47,051 nucleotides of DNA from a virus. Taxonomy: Duplodnaviria; Heunggongvirae; Uroviricota; Caudoviricetes. Position numbers and translations under genes: made by a program. The stretch lies in IMG/VR virus record IMGVR_UViG_3300047159_000049. The stretch is one strand, 5' to 3'. This document shows positions 25,708 to 34,571 of this stretch, in pieces. A model generated the notes under the pieces. It did no database searches, was not told where the DNA came from, and was given only the letters and a program-made list of their open reading frames with translations. Numbering within the stretch: the first letter of the stretch is position 1; every line of letters starts with the position of its first letter.

Positions 25708-26489
25708 TGGACAGCATCATTTCAGAGGCGATGAGCAACAACCTGTTTGACGTCGTGACCAAAGGGCATGACATCCTTGCCATGTATGTCGGAGGATCCC
25801 GCCTGATCGGGTCTGACCAAGACGACAGCGATTATGACCTCATCGTTCTCACGAAGTACGAATCGATCCGCCCAAGGGAATTCTTAATGTACAAAGGAAC
25901 CTCGCGGATAGAATGGTACTACAAAGACATCATGGACATGTGCTATCCATACGAAAACGTCAACAGCAACAAAGAATACATGTTCTGCCTTCAAGGGGTT
26001 CAGATAAAGCAGCTTTCATACGACGGACTTGTCTATGTTCAATCAGGATGCGAGGATTACGTCAAAGCCATCCTCAGCCTGAAAGACGACATATCAAAAA
26101 TCGCATGCTATACCCTGGCTGACTATTTCAGCAAACAAATCAACGAGATGGTATCCACCAGAAAGCTCGTCATTGAGCCAAGGCCGTATTATTTCTATTA
26201 CAAATACATCTACCACTTGGCGTACATCTCATACATCCTTAAAGGCGAAGCCGTCGATTTCAATCTCATAAAGTCCCTTAAGCGGGTATGCTCCGATTCC
26301 CCGGACATCTCCGATTCGGCCGTATCAGGAATAATCGATCGCATGGCGATACTCAAAGAATACGTCGAAGCGAATCCGATCGACATCCCATCGGAGGAAA
26401 CGAAACTGTGCGACAAGATGTCGGCAGCCCTTCCGTTCTGGGCTCCGGTCACCATCGATGAGCTCGCATCAGCTTCCGATGCCCAGTAG
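25707..26489 (+). CDS. Pol-beta-superfamily nucleotidyltransferase domain protein
   Basis: hG[GS]-x-DxD signature: MYVGGSRLIGSDQDDSDYDLIV. Confidence 0.75.
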   Translation: MDSIISEAMSNNLFDVVTKGHDILAMYVGGSRLIGSDQDDSDYDLIVLTKYESIRPREFLMYKGTSRIEWYYKDIMDMCYPYENVNSNKEYMFCLQGVQIKQLSYDGLVYVQSGCEDYVKAILSLKDDISKIACYTLADYFSKQINEMVSTRKLVIEPRPYYFYYKYIYHLAYISYILKGEAVDFNLIKSLKRVCSDSPDISDSAVSGIIDRMAILKEYVEANPIDIPSEETKLCDKMSAALPFWAPVTIDELASASDAQ

Positions 26490-26507
26490 ACGATTTAGCC
26501 GTCCGGG

Positions 26508-26516
26508 ATATATAAT
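26508..26516 (+). promoter_or_regulatory. Putative phage early promoter ATATATAAT
   Basis: Intergenic; followed by the leader hairpin GCATCCG-TTTGC-CGGATGC (26534-26552). Confidence 0.6.
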
Positions 26517-26600
26517 AATCTTGTAAGCAGAGAGCATCCGTTTGCCGGATGCCCTTCGTTTGCCGATTTAAAAAATATTTTCCAGAAAGGGGGCGACCGT

Positions 26601-27131
26601 GTGAGAGTCGCACTTAACAAAGACGGAGGCGCCGCCAAGAACTTCCTCGGAAGAAGCAAGGACTGCCATTACGGAAACGCCATCGCCATCAGGCTGATAA
26701 CCCAGAACAAGATACCGAAGAGCATCGTCTACATCAGGACTAAGAAAGGCCGGATATACGCTTACGTCGATGACATTCACAACCATATGCGAAAGCTCAT
26801 CGAATCTACCGGCCAGATGTCTTTGATCGTCGACGGCAAAGACAACGTCCTATTCGTCGACAAACAAGTCATCAGAATGGATCCTGAATACTACGTCGGG
26901 AAGTACAATCCATACGATGAGCCGTGGGCCAACATATTCTCATGGTATGACCATTACGTCCCAAAATACTGCATCACGGTGACTCCGGTAAAATCGAATC
27001 CCGAAAAGCAGTACGTCATCTTCGACACTCTTATTCAATCAGAGATCAAGACTGCCATCGAAGCGCTGATCAGGCCAACACGCCCTGAATTAGCCGACGA
27101 GCTCGATTTAGAGATCGCCCTCCGCATCTGA
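26601..27131 (+). CDS. Hypothetical protein, C-terminal tag family (LDLEIALRI)
   Basis: GTG start with an AAAGGGGG RBS. Confidence 0.75.
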   Translation: MRVALNKDGGAAKNFLGRSKDCHYGNAIAIRLITQNKIPKSIVYIRTKKGRIYAYVDDIHNHMRKLIESTGQMSLIVDGKDNVLFVDKQVIRMDPEYYVGKYNPYDEPWANIFSWYDHYVPKYCITVTPVKSNPEKQYVIFDTLIQSEIKTAIEALIRPTRPELADELDLEIALRI

Positions 27132-27147
27132 AAGAAAGAAGGATTTT

Positions 27148-28095
27148 ATGTCCAAAGACGAAAACAAGAAAGCCAATTCGTACGACGATTGGAACATCCC
27201 AGTCGCTTTCATCTGCAACAAAAGCAGCAACGTCATCGGCTATATGGCCATGAACGGGAAGAATTCCATCGTGTCTTCTACGCGCATCAACAGAGACGAC
27301 AGCTATTACTACAACGGAAGCACCGTTCAAACAATGGCCATCAAGAACGGATTCCCGACCGATCCCGTCACCACGCTGATGATGAGCGTCGAATCCTTAT
27401 GGACCGGAAAAAGATATTACGGATGCAACATGAACGATCTGATCAAGATCGTCTATGGCAGCAACCTCCTTTACATCCCGAAGCAGAACATCTCGCTATT
27501 CGCCAAGGCCGCCAACGTCAAGGTGATTCTCAAGACGAGCTCGTCTTACAAGTTCTACCATAACGGAAACAACGCGCCATACACCAATAAGCCTGAGAAC
27601 CCGATCGAATTGTGCGAATGCTTCGGAAAGATCAGAAACGAGTTTATCAAAAACAGAGCTGCGTCAGATCATCAAACCGAGCCGACGTACGCCGAGGTCA
27701 TCGCCTGGGCCAAAGAGTATTATCATTACGTCGAGACCATGCAGTATCCGGTCATCACGGCCGTTTACTCCGTTCTCTATCGCTTCAACGACGATTCCTC
27801 GAGCAACAATAAGAAAGGCTCGCTTTACATCCCGATCTTCGAAGGAGCCCAAATCAGCGTCGTGACCGACAAAAACTCGACGAACGAAGACGTCTATAAG
27901 AAGCTCAGAGCCGCCATCACCGACAAGACGAAGATCGAAAAGGCCATCATCGAAAACAATAGCCTAGCCACCATCATCAGAGACAAATCGCTCGCGACTT
28001 ACCAAAGCACCGATGATCTGGCATCGATGATCGGATGCGAATTCGATTCCGTCTACTGCAACGATCAGCTTCTCGGCAAGAAGGGAAGATACTGA
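27148..28095 (+). CDS. Hypothetical protein
   Basis: 315-aa ORF with an AGAAGGA RBS; no tag. Confidence 0.8.
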   Translation: MSKDENKKANSYDDWNIPVAFICNKSSNVIGYMAMNGKNSIVSSTRINRDDSYYYNGSTVQTMAIKNGFPTDPVTTLMMSVESLWTGKRYYGCNMNDLIKIVYGSNLLYIPKQNISLFAKAANVKVILKTSSSYKFYHNGNNAPYTNKPENPIELCECFGKIRNEFIKNRAASDHQTEPTYAEVIAWAKEYYHYVETMQYPVITAVYSVLYRFNDDSSSNNKKGSLYIPIFEGAQISVVTDKNSTNEDVYKKLRAAITDKTKIEKAIIENNSLATIIRDKSLATYQSTDDLASMIGCEFDSVYCNDQLLGKKGRY

Positions 28096-28125
28096 TCCGT
28101 TAGTTACAACTGCTAGCCGATAGCA

Positions 28126-28169
28126 TTCCCGGACAGGACCAACCCCTGCCCGGGATTTTATTTTTATTT
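28126..28169 (+). terminator. Rho-independent terminator
   Basis: TCCCGG-ACAGG...CCTG-C-CCGGGA stem with a long T-rich tail. Confidence 0.75.
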
Positions 28170-28191
28170 CCCGGAAAGGAGGAGCCAATTA

Positions 28192-28740
28192 ATGCTAATT
28201 AAAATGGACGTTCTGAAAGGATTGGACGAAGGAGATAGATCTACGCACGTCGTCACGATCACTCTTGACGACGTCAAAAGAGCATTGGCCAAAGGGCATG
28301 CCTTCGAATTGACGATAGACCGGCATCAATCCAAGAAAAGAGGCAATTTCTTAGGCATGCAATTCGCGGACACGACCTACGACATATTCGATCCAAATCC
28401 CGAAAGCGAAACGTGCCGACGCATCGTCGCATTCGCCAAGAAGAAGATGCTGACCGTATTCAGCGGAAAGACAAACGATCCTTCGAGCTCAAGCCGTGAC
28501 AGACTTTACGTTTTCGCTACTCCGGAAATGGTCAAGCGCATAATCGTGATGCCTTCTTATATGTGCTGTCATAACGAATATCCTCTGGCATTCAGAATCG
28601 AAGACAACGTATCAGCATCCATATTTCCTGTGGCAAGCAAAGGAAACAACAAGATAGACGACTTGAGAATAGCCATAGACGACATCAGAAAAATAGATTC
28701 CGCATTAGCGGAGTCTATCTCAGTCGAGCTTAAGATCTAA
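28192..28740 (+). CDS. Hypothetical protein, C-terminal tag family (ESISVELKI)
   Basis: AGGAGG RBS; its 3' end is tandemly duplicated. Confidence 0.8.
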   Translation: MLIKMDVLKGLDEGDRSTHVVTITLDDVKRALAKGHAFELTIDRHQSKKRGNFLGMQFADTTYDIFDPNPESETCRRIVAFAKKKMLTVFSGKTNDPSSSSRDRLYVFATPEMVKRIIVMPSYMCCHNEYPLAFRIEDNVSASIFPVASKGNNKIDDLRIAIDDIRKIDSALAESISVELKI

Positions 28741-28788
28741 AAGATTCCGCATTAGCGGAGTCTATCTCAGTCGAGCTTAAGATCTAAA
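28695..28788 (+). repeat. Perfect 47-bp tandem duplication (2 copies)
   Basis: AGATTCCGCATTAGCGGAGTCTATCTCAGTCGAGCTTAAGATCTAAA at 28695-28741 and 28742-28788. Confidence 0.95.
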
Positions 28789-28789
28789 A

Positions 28790-28819
28790 GAAAGAGCCTC
28801 TTCCGAGACTCTTTTTTTA
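28790..28819 (+). terminator. Rho-independent terminator
   Basis: AAAGAG-C-CTC-TTCC-GAG-A-CTCTTT with a T-tract. Confidence 0.7.
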
Positions 28820-28900
28820 TGTGATGTATATCAACGCGCTAGCCGAAGAGCTTTTTATAGTTGTTGAATTAGCGGAATTTGTATAGTGAATTACCGCCGC

Positions 28901-30148
28901 TTAATCGCTGATGCGATTTGAAGCGGCGGCTTCCTGATTCAACGGGGCGCCGGCGTGCGCTGATACGGATACCAGCGGCACGTCATTATCCTCTCCACAG
29001 GCTTTGATTCGGGCGATTCCCGCCCTATTGTCTTTCAAAATCCTTATTCCCTCATCACGGATGTTCAATGCCGCATTTAGATCGCGATCATTGTGGCACC
29101 CGCACGCCGGGCATATCCAATCGCGGACGGAAAGATCTTTGGTTATCGGATCTTTCTTCCCGCAATTATGGCATATCTGAGACGACGCGAAAAAGCGTCC
29201 TACCTTGACGAACGCCTTTCCGCGATCCGCCAATTTGTATTCCAGCATCGATCTGAACATGCCGAATCCGTTGTCCATCGTTGCTTTTCCAAGCTTGAGA
29301 GATCTGGATATCGAGCGCATGTCGATATCCTCTACGGCGACTATATCGTATTCTTCGGAGATCTCTTTGGATTTCTTTTCTAAGAAATCCTTTCGGCATG
29401 CCGCAACTTTGGATGCCGCTCTTGCGAATTTTACGCGCGCTTTCTCATGGTTCTTTGACCCAGGCTTTGTCCTGGAAAGACGCTTTTGTTTTTGTTTAAG
29501 CAGATACTGAGCCCTTCGAAAATAATGCGGCATCCCTGAAAGCTCGCCGTCTGAAGATACAAATAAGCCATCGGACTTGTAATCGAGCCCAACCGCATTA
29601 GATTCGTCCAACAAGACATCCGGGACGATTTTGTCGAATTTGCACGACAACGATACGTAAAATCTTTCGTCGCATTCCATCGAAATGCAAACAGACGTGA
29701 TCCTGCATCCGATAGGGACGCCGCGGTGATACACCCATTTTACCGGGCCTATCTTAGGGATATTGATATGCTTTCCATCACTGGAGATTCTTATGTTTCC
29801 ATTATTGCATATAGTCATCGTTTGGCGATCTCTTCTTGACAGAAATCTCGGCTTGCCGGAATGCATAGGACCTTTATATCTTTTTACGGCCGATCCAATA
29901 TGCCTCAGCGCTTGCTGCAGCGACGTCGATTCGGCGTCTTTTAGGAACGATAACTCCGATTTAAGGTTTTTAAGATTTCTCGATTCTGAGCAATAATCAT
30001 ACGAATATCCCGCCGTATCTATTGCAGCGCGTACGCGTTCTATGGACTTGTTAGCAACGAATCGAATGTCCCCGAACATCCGTGTCATTAGGATCTTCTG
30101 CTGTTTGCTCGGATAAATCCGATATTTATAATACCGGTTAACGATCAT
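28901..30148 (-). CDS. tnpB: RNA-guided endonuclease TnpB
   Basis: N-terminal YKYRIYP HTH; RuvC D (VGLDY), E (VAVED) and D (NDRDLNAALNI); zinc finger CHNC...CPAC. Confidence 0.95.
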   Translation of the reverse strand: MIVNRYYKYRIYPSKQQKILMTRMFGDIRFVANKSIERVRAAIDTAGYSYDYCSESRNLKNLKSELSFLKDAESTSLQQALRHIGSAVKRYKGPMHSGKPRFLSRRDRQTMTICNNGNIRISSDGKHINIPKIGPVKWVYHRGVPIGCRITSVCISMECDERFYVSLSCKFDKIVPDVLLDESNAVGLDYKSDGLFVSSDGELSGMPHYFRRAQYLLKQKQKRLSRTKPGSKNHEKARVKFARAASKVAACRKDFLEKKSKEISEEYDIVAVEDIDMRSISRSLKLGKATMDNGFGMFRSMLEYKLADRGKAFVKVGRFFASSQICHNCGKKDPITKDLSVRDWICPACGCHNDRDLNAALNIRDEGIRILKDNRAGIARIKACGEDNDVPLVSVSAHAGAPLNQEAAASNRISD

Positions 30149-30603
30149 TCCTCAAATACCCTATTAGCTTTTATTCCATGCTTAGCAAAACTATGGTCGT
30201 TATCCCCTTGGCTTTCGATGTAGTTCTTTATAACGTCTATCGTGGCTCCTCCCGTTGTCAGTAGGCAGTAGCTTTTGCTCCAAAACGCAGACTTCCATAG
30301 TATGGATTTTATCTCGGGATATTTCTCTTTTATAAGACGGCTTGACGCAGCTTTGTATGAATTTATAAATTTGGACAGAGTCGTCTTAGGCTGAGCCGTA
30401 AACATGACATGAATATGATCTACGTCATGGTTCCATTCTGCTATCTTTATTCCGTATTCCTTGCCTATTCTTTCGAATATTTCTTTGGCGTAATCAGATC
30501 TTTCGTCATTGAAAGCCTTTTTCCTATACTTAACTACCATCACCAGATGGTAATACATAAGAAATACTGAATGATTGTTCGAATCCAATTCTATAGTGTT
30601 CAT
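30145..30603 (-). CDS. tnpA: Y1 HUH transposase TnpA
   Basis: YHLVMVVKYRKK, HuH motif DHIHV, FWSKSY, and catalytic Tyr in VIKNYIESQ. Start 30603 preferred over 30624; ATGA overlap with tnpB. Confidence 0.95.
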   Translation of the reverse strand: MNTIELDSNNHSVFLMYYHLVMVVKYRKKAFNDERSDYAKEIFERIGKEYGIKIAEWNHDVDHIHVMFTAQPKTTLSKFINSYKAASSRLIKEKYPEIKSILWKSAFWSKSYCLLTTGGATIDVIKNYIESQGDNDHSFAKHGIKANRVFEE

Positions 30604-30715
30604 AATATATTGTTGCTTAAACACATATCTAACGTTTAGTTGCGCCGCGATTCATCTCGCCGCCTAGAATCTCCAGATTCTTGAGGCGGGAGTATTCTCG
30701 CTGGTTTTAGATAAA

Positions 30716-30746
30716 AAATAAAAAACCCTGGGGTGCCCAGGGCTTA
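30716..30746 (-). terminator. Rho-independent terminator of the minus-strand operon
   Basis: CCCTGGG-GTG-CCCAGGG stem with a T-tract on the minus strand. Confidence 0.8.
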
Positions 30747-31535
30747 TCAGATATTCAAATCAAGTATCAGAGACTGCTTGCGGTCTTCAGGTATCCACCC
30801 CGTGCTTCCAGTTGAGGCCTCGATCGCTTCGTTTGCGGAATCGAACGTGAATGCCAAGTCCCACGATCTCAGATAATTTCCTTCTGACAATAATTGGTCT
30901 ATGTCATCAAGACTGTCATAGACGTATTTGTTCACGACGGAGCCTATGCTGGCCGCTTTGAACACTCCGTAATACACCGAATATCCGCCGCCTGACCTGA
31001 TCATCACGATCGACGAATCGTCTCCGAATCCGTCTTTAGACATGATTGCCATGCGTATTCTGCCAAAGCGCTCTTGCTTTACCACGAATCTCCCGTCTCC
31101 GAAAGCGGAAGCCATCCTCAGTATCTTTCTCCGAGAATCATAGTCGTTGTCGCACACGACGTCTAGGCTTATAGTGTCAAGCGGCTCGGCCGTAGGATCG
31201 CAGTCCTTCCTCAGCGCCGCTATCGTGACGCTTATAGTCCTGTTTTTGGCTTTCCCTTCGTCATCTTCCACGAAATTCTCGCTTAGCGTAGCTAATCTGA
31301 AAGAGCCATTTCTGACGTACTTATTGATGTATCTGATGGCAGTTCCGAATTTGCATTCGGCTATATACTCGCTCGTACGGATGCCTCCACTCGTACGGAT
31401 GGCGCCATGAAGGGACATCTTAGGCCATAGCCTCCTGATAACCGGAGCCGCCAAAGACGATATCGACGGTATTAAGTTTGTCGGCGCTGCCTGTATGGAA
31501 ATATTGCTGATAGATTTGTTTTTGCCCATTTTCAC
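30747..31535 (-). CDS. Hypothetical protein, C-terminal tag family (QSLILDLNI)
   Basis: 262-aa ORF with a 4-nt overlap with the upstream gene. Confidence 0.75.
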   Translation of the reverse strand: MKMGKNKSISNISIQAAPTNLIPSISSLAAPVIRRLWPKMSLHGAIRTSGGIRTSEYIAECKFGTAIRYINKYVRNGSFRLATLSENFVEDDEGKAKNRTISVTIAALRKDCDPTAEPLDTISLDVVCDNDYDSRRKILRMASAFGDGRFVVKQERFGRIRMAIMSKDGFGDDSSIVMIRSGGGYSVYYGVFKAASIGSVVNKYVYDSLDDIDQLLSEGNYLRSWDLAFTFDSANEAIEASTGSTGWIPEDRKQSLILDLNI

Positions 31536-32257
31536 AGCTCCCGATCCAGCGCAATCGAATCCGATATGGCCTGCCTTTGGTCGCTCGACTCGGAATTGAC
31601 GATCATCTGAGCAAATGAGTCTTTGTACGACAGCAGTATCACGGTAACGCTTCCTCCTATGGACTCCGGGTCTATCCCAAGGAAGAATTTGCTTATCTGC
31701 GTCGCATACGACTCGAATTCCTTGACGAATTTCTTTCCTGAAAGCTCGCCAAGGATCCGCTCATACGCCCCATACACGCCAAAAGCATTAATCATCGTGT
31801 ATATGGCATCGGATGCGATGCACTGCGAAAGCTCATCGAGGAATCCAGACGGAGAAGTCCCAGGGGCAAGCGATTTTTGGCTTGGGTCGTAATCAACGGG
31901 TATTCGCATGGAAATGGGGTTATTCCCTATGCCGGAAAATGTACGATCCTCGATTCCGAATGTGATTGCGATCTGAAGGCACGTCACAGCGGCGTCCCTG
32001 AGCATCTTCTTGATGGCCGAATACGAGATGGCCGCCAATACCGCGTTGGTTCTCGACCTATGCTCAAAGCTCTCAGACAGCGAGGTGTTCAGATTGGCCT
32101 CGAACTCGTCATAGGCCGCCTTTGAATACCCGGAAGACGCCCCGAAAGCGCGGTCAGAGATATCCTCAGATATCTTATCGATGGCTTCGGCGTTAGCGAT
32201 GCGGTCGATTCCGCTGGCGAATATATCGCGTATGTCTTTGTAGCTGCTGTTTTTCAC
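31532..32257 (-). CDS. Hypothetical protein, C-terminal tag family (DSIALDREL)
   Basis: GTG start 6 nt after a sigma-A -10 element. Confidence 0.75.
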   Translation of the reverse strand: MKNSSYKDIRDIFASGIDRIANAEAIDKISEDISDRAFGASSGYSKAAYDEFEANLNTSLSESFEHRSRTNAVLAAISYSAIKKMLRDAAVTCLQIAITFGIEDRTFSGIGNNPISMRIPVDYDPSQKSLAPGTSPSGFLDELSQCIASDAIYTMINAFGVYGAYERILGELSGKKFVKEFESYATQISKFFLGIDPESIGGSVTVILLSYKDSFAQMIVNSESSDQRQAISDSIALDREL

Positions 32258-32263
32258 GCCTTG

Positions 32264-32292
32264 ATTTTAAGCCGCAAAACCGCGGCAGTCAA
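32264..32292 (-). promoter_or_regulatory. Sigma-A-type promoter TTGACT-N17-TAAAAT; leaderless transcript predicted
   Basis: Spacing counted; the spacer is itself palindromic (GCCGC-N6-GCGGC). Confidence 0.65.
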
Positions 32293-32328
32293 CAGAAACA
32301 GGTTTCTGACAGAAAGCCACTCTCACAG

Positions 32329-32337
32329 ATATATCAT
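32329..32337 (+). promoter_or_regulatory. Putative phage early promoter ATATATCAT
   Basis: Heads a 7-gene operon; followed by the hairpin GATGGC-N7-GCCATC (32352-32370). Confidence 0.6.
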
Positions 32338-32407
32338 TTTCACGAGATAGGGATGGCATTAGACGCCATCTAGGGATTTAAAAAATAATTCCCTAAGGAC
32401 ACAAATT

Positions 32408-33103
32408 ATGTCAGCACTTCCAGATACCTACAAAGGATGGAAAGCATTCTTCGACAACTTAGACTCATTCTGCGCAAATCATCGAATCCGCACTTGCGGG
32501 CCGCTGGCTTCGACTAGCCTTGGAAAGCCTCTCCTAAAAGGGATTTCCTCAGTTGCGTTTGTCCGCATAGTTCCGCAAAGCGTCGTCCATAAAACCCATG
32601 GAAAGAAGATCATCAAGTACTCGGTAGAGGATATACTGTATCTAGATTCAGAAGGAGAGCCTGGGCATCTAGGATACGCCGCCGAGACATTTGCTCCTGA
32701 AGGCGTTCCATACCTCTCGATGCTTTTCATCCCAGAATTCGACACCACCATAAGCTCAGAGTCGGCAAGGTCGCTAAAACGATATATAACCGACAACGGC
32801 TTCTTCCTATACGAAAAACATAAGCATGCCGATATAGACGAACTGCTATTCATCAATGGCAATCTTCTTGAATCAGGCCTAATCGAGCTATCAAGATTCA
32901 ATGGCATATCAAACGATACTTACTGCTGCGTCACACTCACCACATATTCGAAAGTTCCTTATGCCGCCAACAGAAACGGTACGTATTCGTATAATCTATT
33001 AACTCGCGACAATACCGCCATTGACATCGCCAAGAACATCAAAGCCGGAGTAAAAGACAAAAGCCTGGCAGATTCGATAGTCATGTCTGTTTTCATGATC
33101 TGA
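32408..33103 (+). CDS. Hypothetical protein, C-terminal tag family (DSIVMSVFMI)
   Basis: 231-aa ORF. Confidence 0.8.
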   Translation: MSALPDTYKGWKAFFDNLDSFCANHRIRTCGPLASTSLGKPLLKGISSVAFVRIVPQSVVHKTHGKKIIKYSVEDILYLDSEGEPGHLGYAAETFAPEGVPYLSMLFIPEFDTTISSESARSLKRYITDNGFFLYEKHKHADIDELLFINGNLLESGLIELSRFNGISNDTYCCVTLTTYSKVPYAANRNGTYSYNLLTRDNTAIDIAKNIKAGVKDKSLADSIVMSVFMI

Positions 33104-33114
33104 AAGGAGATCCT

Positions 33115-33783
33115 ATGTACAATAGCATCAACAGACTAATCGAGCTTCAAAACTCTAATCTCGAGTATCTTCTCCATGGAGAGCACAGGCTATCCCCATC
33201 CGATATCACCATCATCAAAGCGATGAGATACAGCGAATACCCTAATAAGATCTCAATCGTATGCGACTGCATCATCAGAGAAGGGCCAGACAAGAAACGG
33301 ATCCTTTTCTGCATCCTCGACCCAATAAAGACGACAATCAACGGGCCGTTTTACAATAAGATTATTAAAGACATCCTGAAATACGGGTTTGTCAAAGTTG
33401 CCGATCATTCGCTCTTGTTCGGAAACGACATTAAAAACGGGTGTGTCTTTCTTGGACAAAACGAAAGCAATATCCTCAACCGCGGACTATACACAACGAC
33501 TGATCTATTTGACATCTATGTCAACGTCGCTCCGTTGGCTACCGGAATCGCAAAGATCGGACTAAGCGACCCAGAAACGTACGTCTCTCACGGCGAAGGC
33601 CATCTGGACGCGTGCGTCATCAGAACAGGATGCTCAGACCCAAGCATGAAAGGCGCCACCTATGACATCGTTGAATCAAAAAGCATCGATGGCCACGACG
33701 TCATATCCAAGATCTGCGACGAAGCCGGAAAGGTTTTGTCGAAGAGCTTGGCAGACTCCATCAGAGCGAACACGCTGGTGTGA
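33115..33783 (+). CDS. Hypothetical protein, C-terminal tag family (DSIRANTLV)
   Basis: AAAGGAG RBS. Confidence 0.8.
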   Translation: MYNSINRLIELQNSNLEYLLHGEHRLSPSDITIIKAMRYSEYPNKISIVCDCIIREGPDKKRILFCILDPIKTTINGPFYNKIIKDILKYGFVKVADHSLLFGNDIKNGCVFLGQNESNILNRGLYTTTDLFDIYVNVAPLATGIAKIGLSDPETYVSHGEGHLDACVIRTGCSDPSMKGATYDIVESKSIDGHDVISKICDEAGKVLSKSLADSIRANTLV

Positions 33784-33795
33784 AAGGAGATTTCC

Positions 33796-34566
33796 ATGTT
33801 CAAAAAATACAACGTAATATCAAGCCCGATATCCGCGCAGATGCGCCTATTGGCAGACGCATACGTCAGCAGCCAGAAGGAATTCGACGTGCTTCCTTCC
33901 AAAGAGCTTAAGCCAGCCTTAGGATTCGCCGAGCCTTTCATATGGCGCAAAACCAACGGAGACTCCGGCATGGCGTTCATCCTTTCGGAGTATTACGTCT
34001 TCTCCGAAGGAGGCCCTGACAGATTCATCCGATCGAAAGGCATCTGCATCCTCGATAGCTTCTCCGTCATCGGAAAGCACGCCGCCACCGAGGAAATTAA
34101 AAAAGAATTCCACGGAGACGGGCTTGAGTTCTTCATCAGGCGCAAAAGGATCTCGATCATCCCCAAAGAGGATTACTCGAACCTTGGAAGCGAATACATC
34201 ACGCGCAAGGGAAGGAGCCACGTCGTAGACGAATTGGTGTTCCTGAGCCCTGAGCAAATCAATGCCGGCCATGCCGACATCATCGAATCCGAATTCACGA
34301 ACAGCCTTCGGGTCATCCCATCAAACGCCAGCGAGACGTTCCGCGAGCAGTCGCTGTTCAACTGGTCCAATTCGTTCAACTTCGACGTCGCCATGGTCAT
34401 CCCAAACGAGGAATGCAGCGGATGCAACATCTGCAATCTCAGCACCAAAAACGACAACATGGAAGACAAGAAATACGTCGACAACGCAAAGACAATCCGC
34501 AGATCGCTGATCAGAGTATTGGGAAAACCAAAGTTCGACAGCATCTCGATGTCTTTCAAGGTTTAA
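33796..34566 (+). CDS. Hypothetical protein, C-terminal tag family (DSISMSFKV)
   Basis: AAAGGAG RBS. Confidence 0.8.
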   Translation: MFKKYNVISSPISAQMRLLADAYVSSQKEFDVLPSKELKPALGFAEPFIWRKTNGDSGMAFILSEYYVFSEGGPDRFIRSKGICILDSFSVIGKHAATEEIKKEFHGDGLEFFIRRKRISIIPKEDYSNLGSEYITRKGRSHVVDELVFLSPEQINAGHADIIESEFTNSLRVIPSNASETFREQSLFNWSNSFNFDVAMVIPNEECSGCNICNLSTKNDNMEDKKYVDNAKTIRRSLIRVLGKPKFDSISMSFKV

Positions 34567-34571
34567 TCAGC

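Larger units (their letters stand above)
28886..30710 (-). mobile_element. IS200/IS605-family insertion sequence (tnpA+tnpB), apparently complete
   Basis: Right end: hairpin CCGCCGCTT...AAGCGGCGG followed by TAATTCAC, ending at 28886. Left end: subterminal hairpin CCCGCCTCAAGAATCTGGAGATTCTAGGCGG, preceded by TTTAT (30711-30715 on the minus strand). Visibly AT-richer than the flanks. End positions are inferred from family patterns. Confidence 0.85.

Noticed and set aside
25707-26489. CBASS cyclase (CD-NTase)
   Set aside because: Only the generic Pol-beta motif is seen; protein is short and has no cap effector neighbours.
28700-28885. TnpB guide targeting the nearby 47-bp repeat (shared TCCGCTAAT)
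   Set aside because: Only 9 nt match, not at the guide 5' seed, and no adjacent TTTAT.
28860-30720. IS excision recreating a promoter (junction reads TTTGTATAATAAAA on the + strand)
   Set aside because: TATAAT forms, but there is no -35 at 16-18 nt, no TGn extension and no co-oriented gene downstream.
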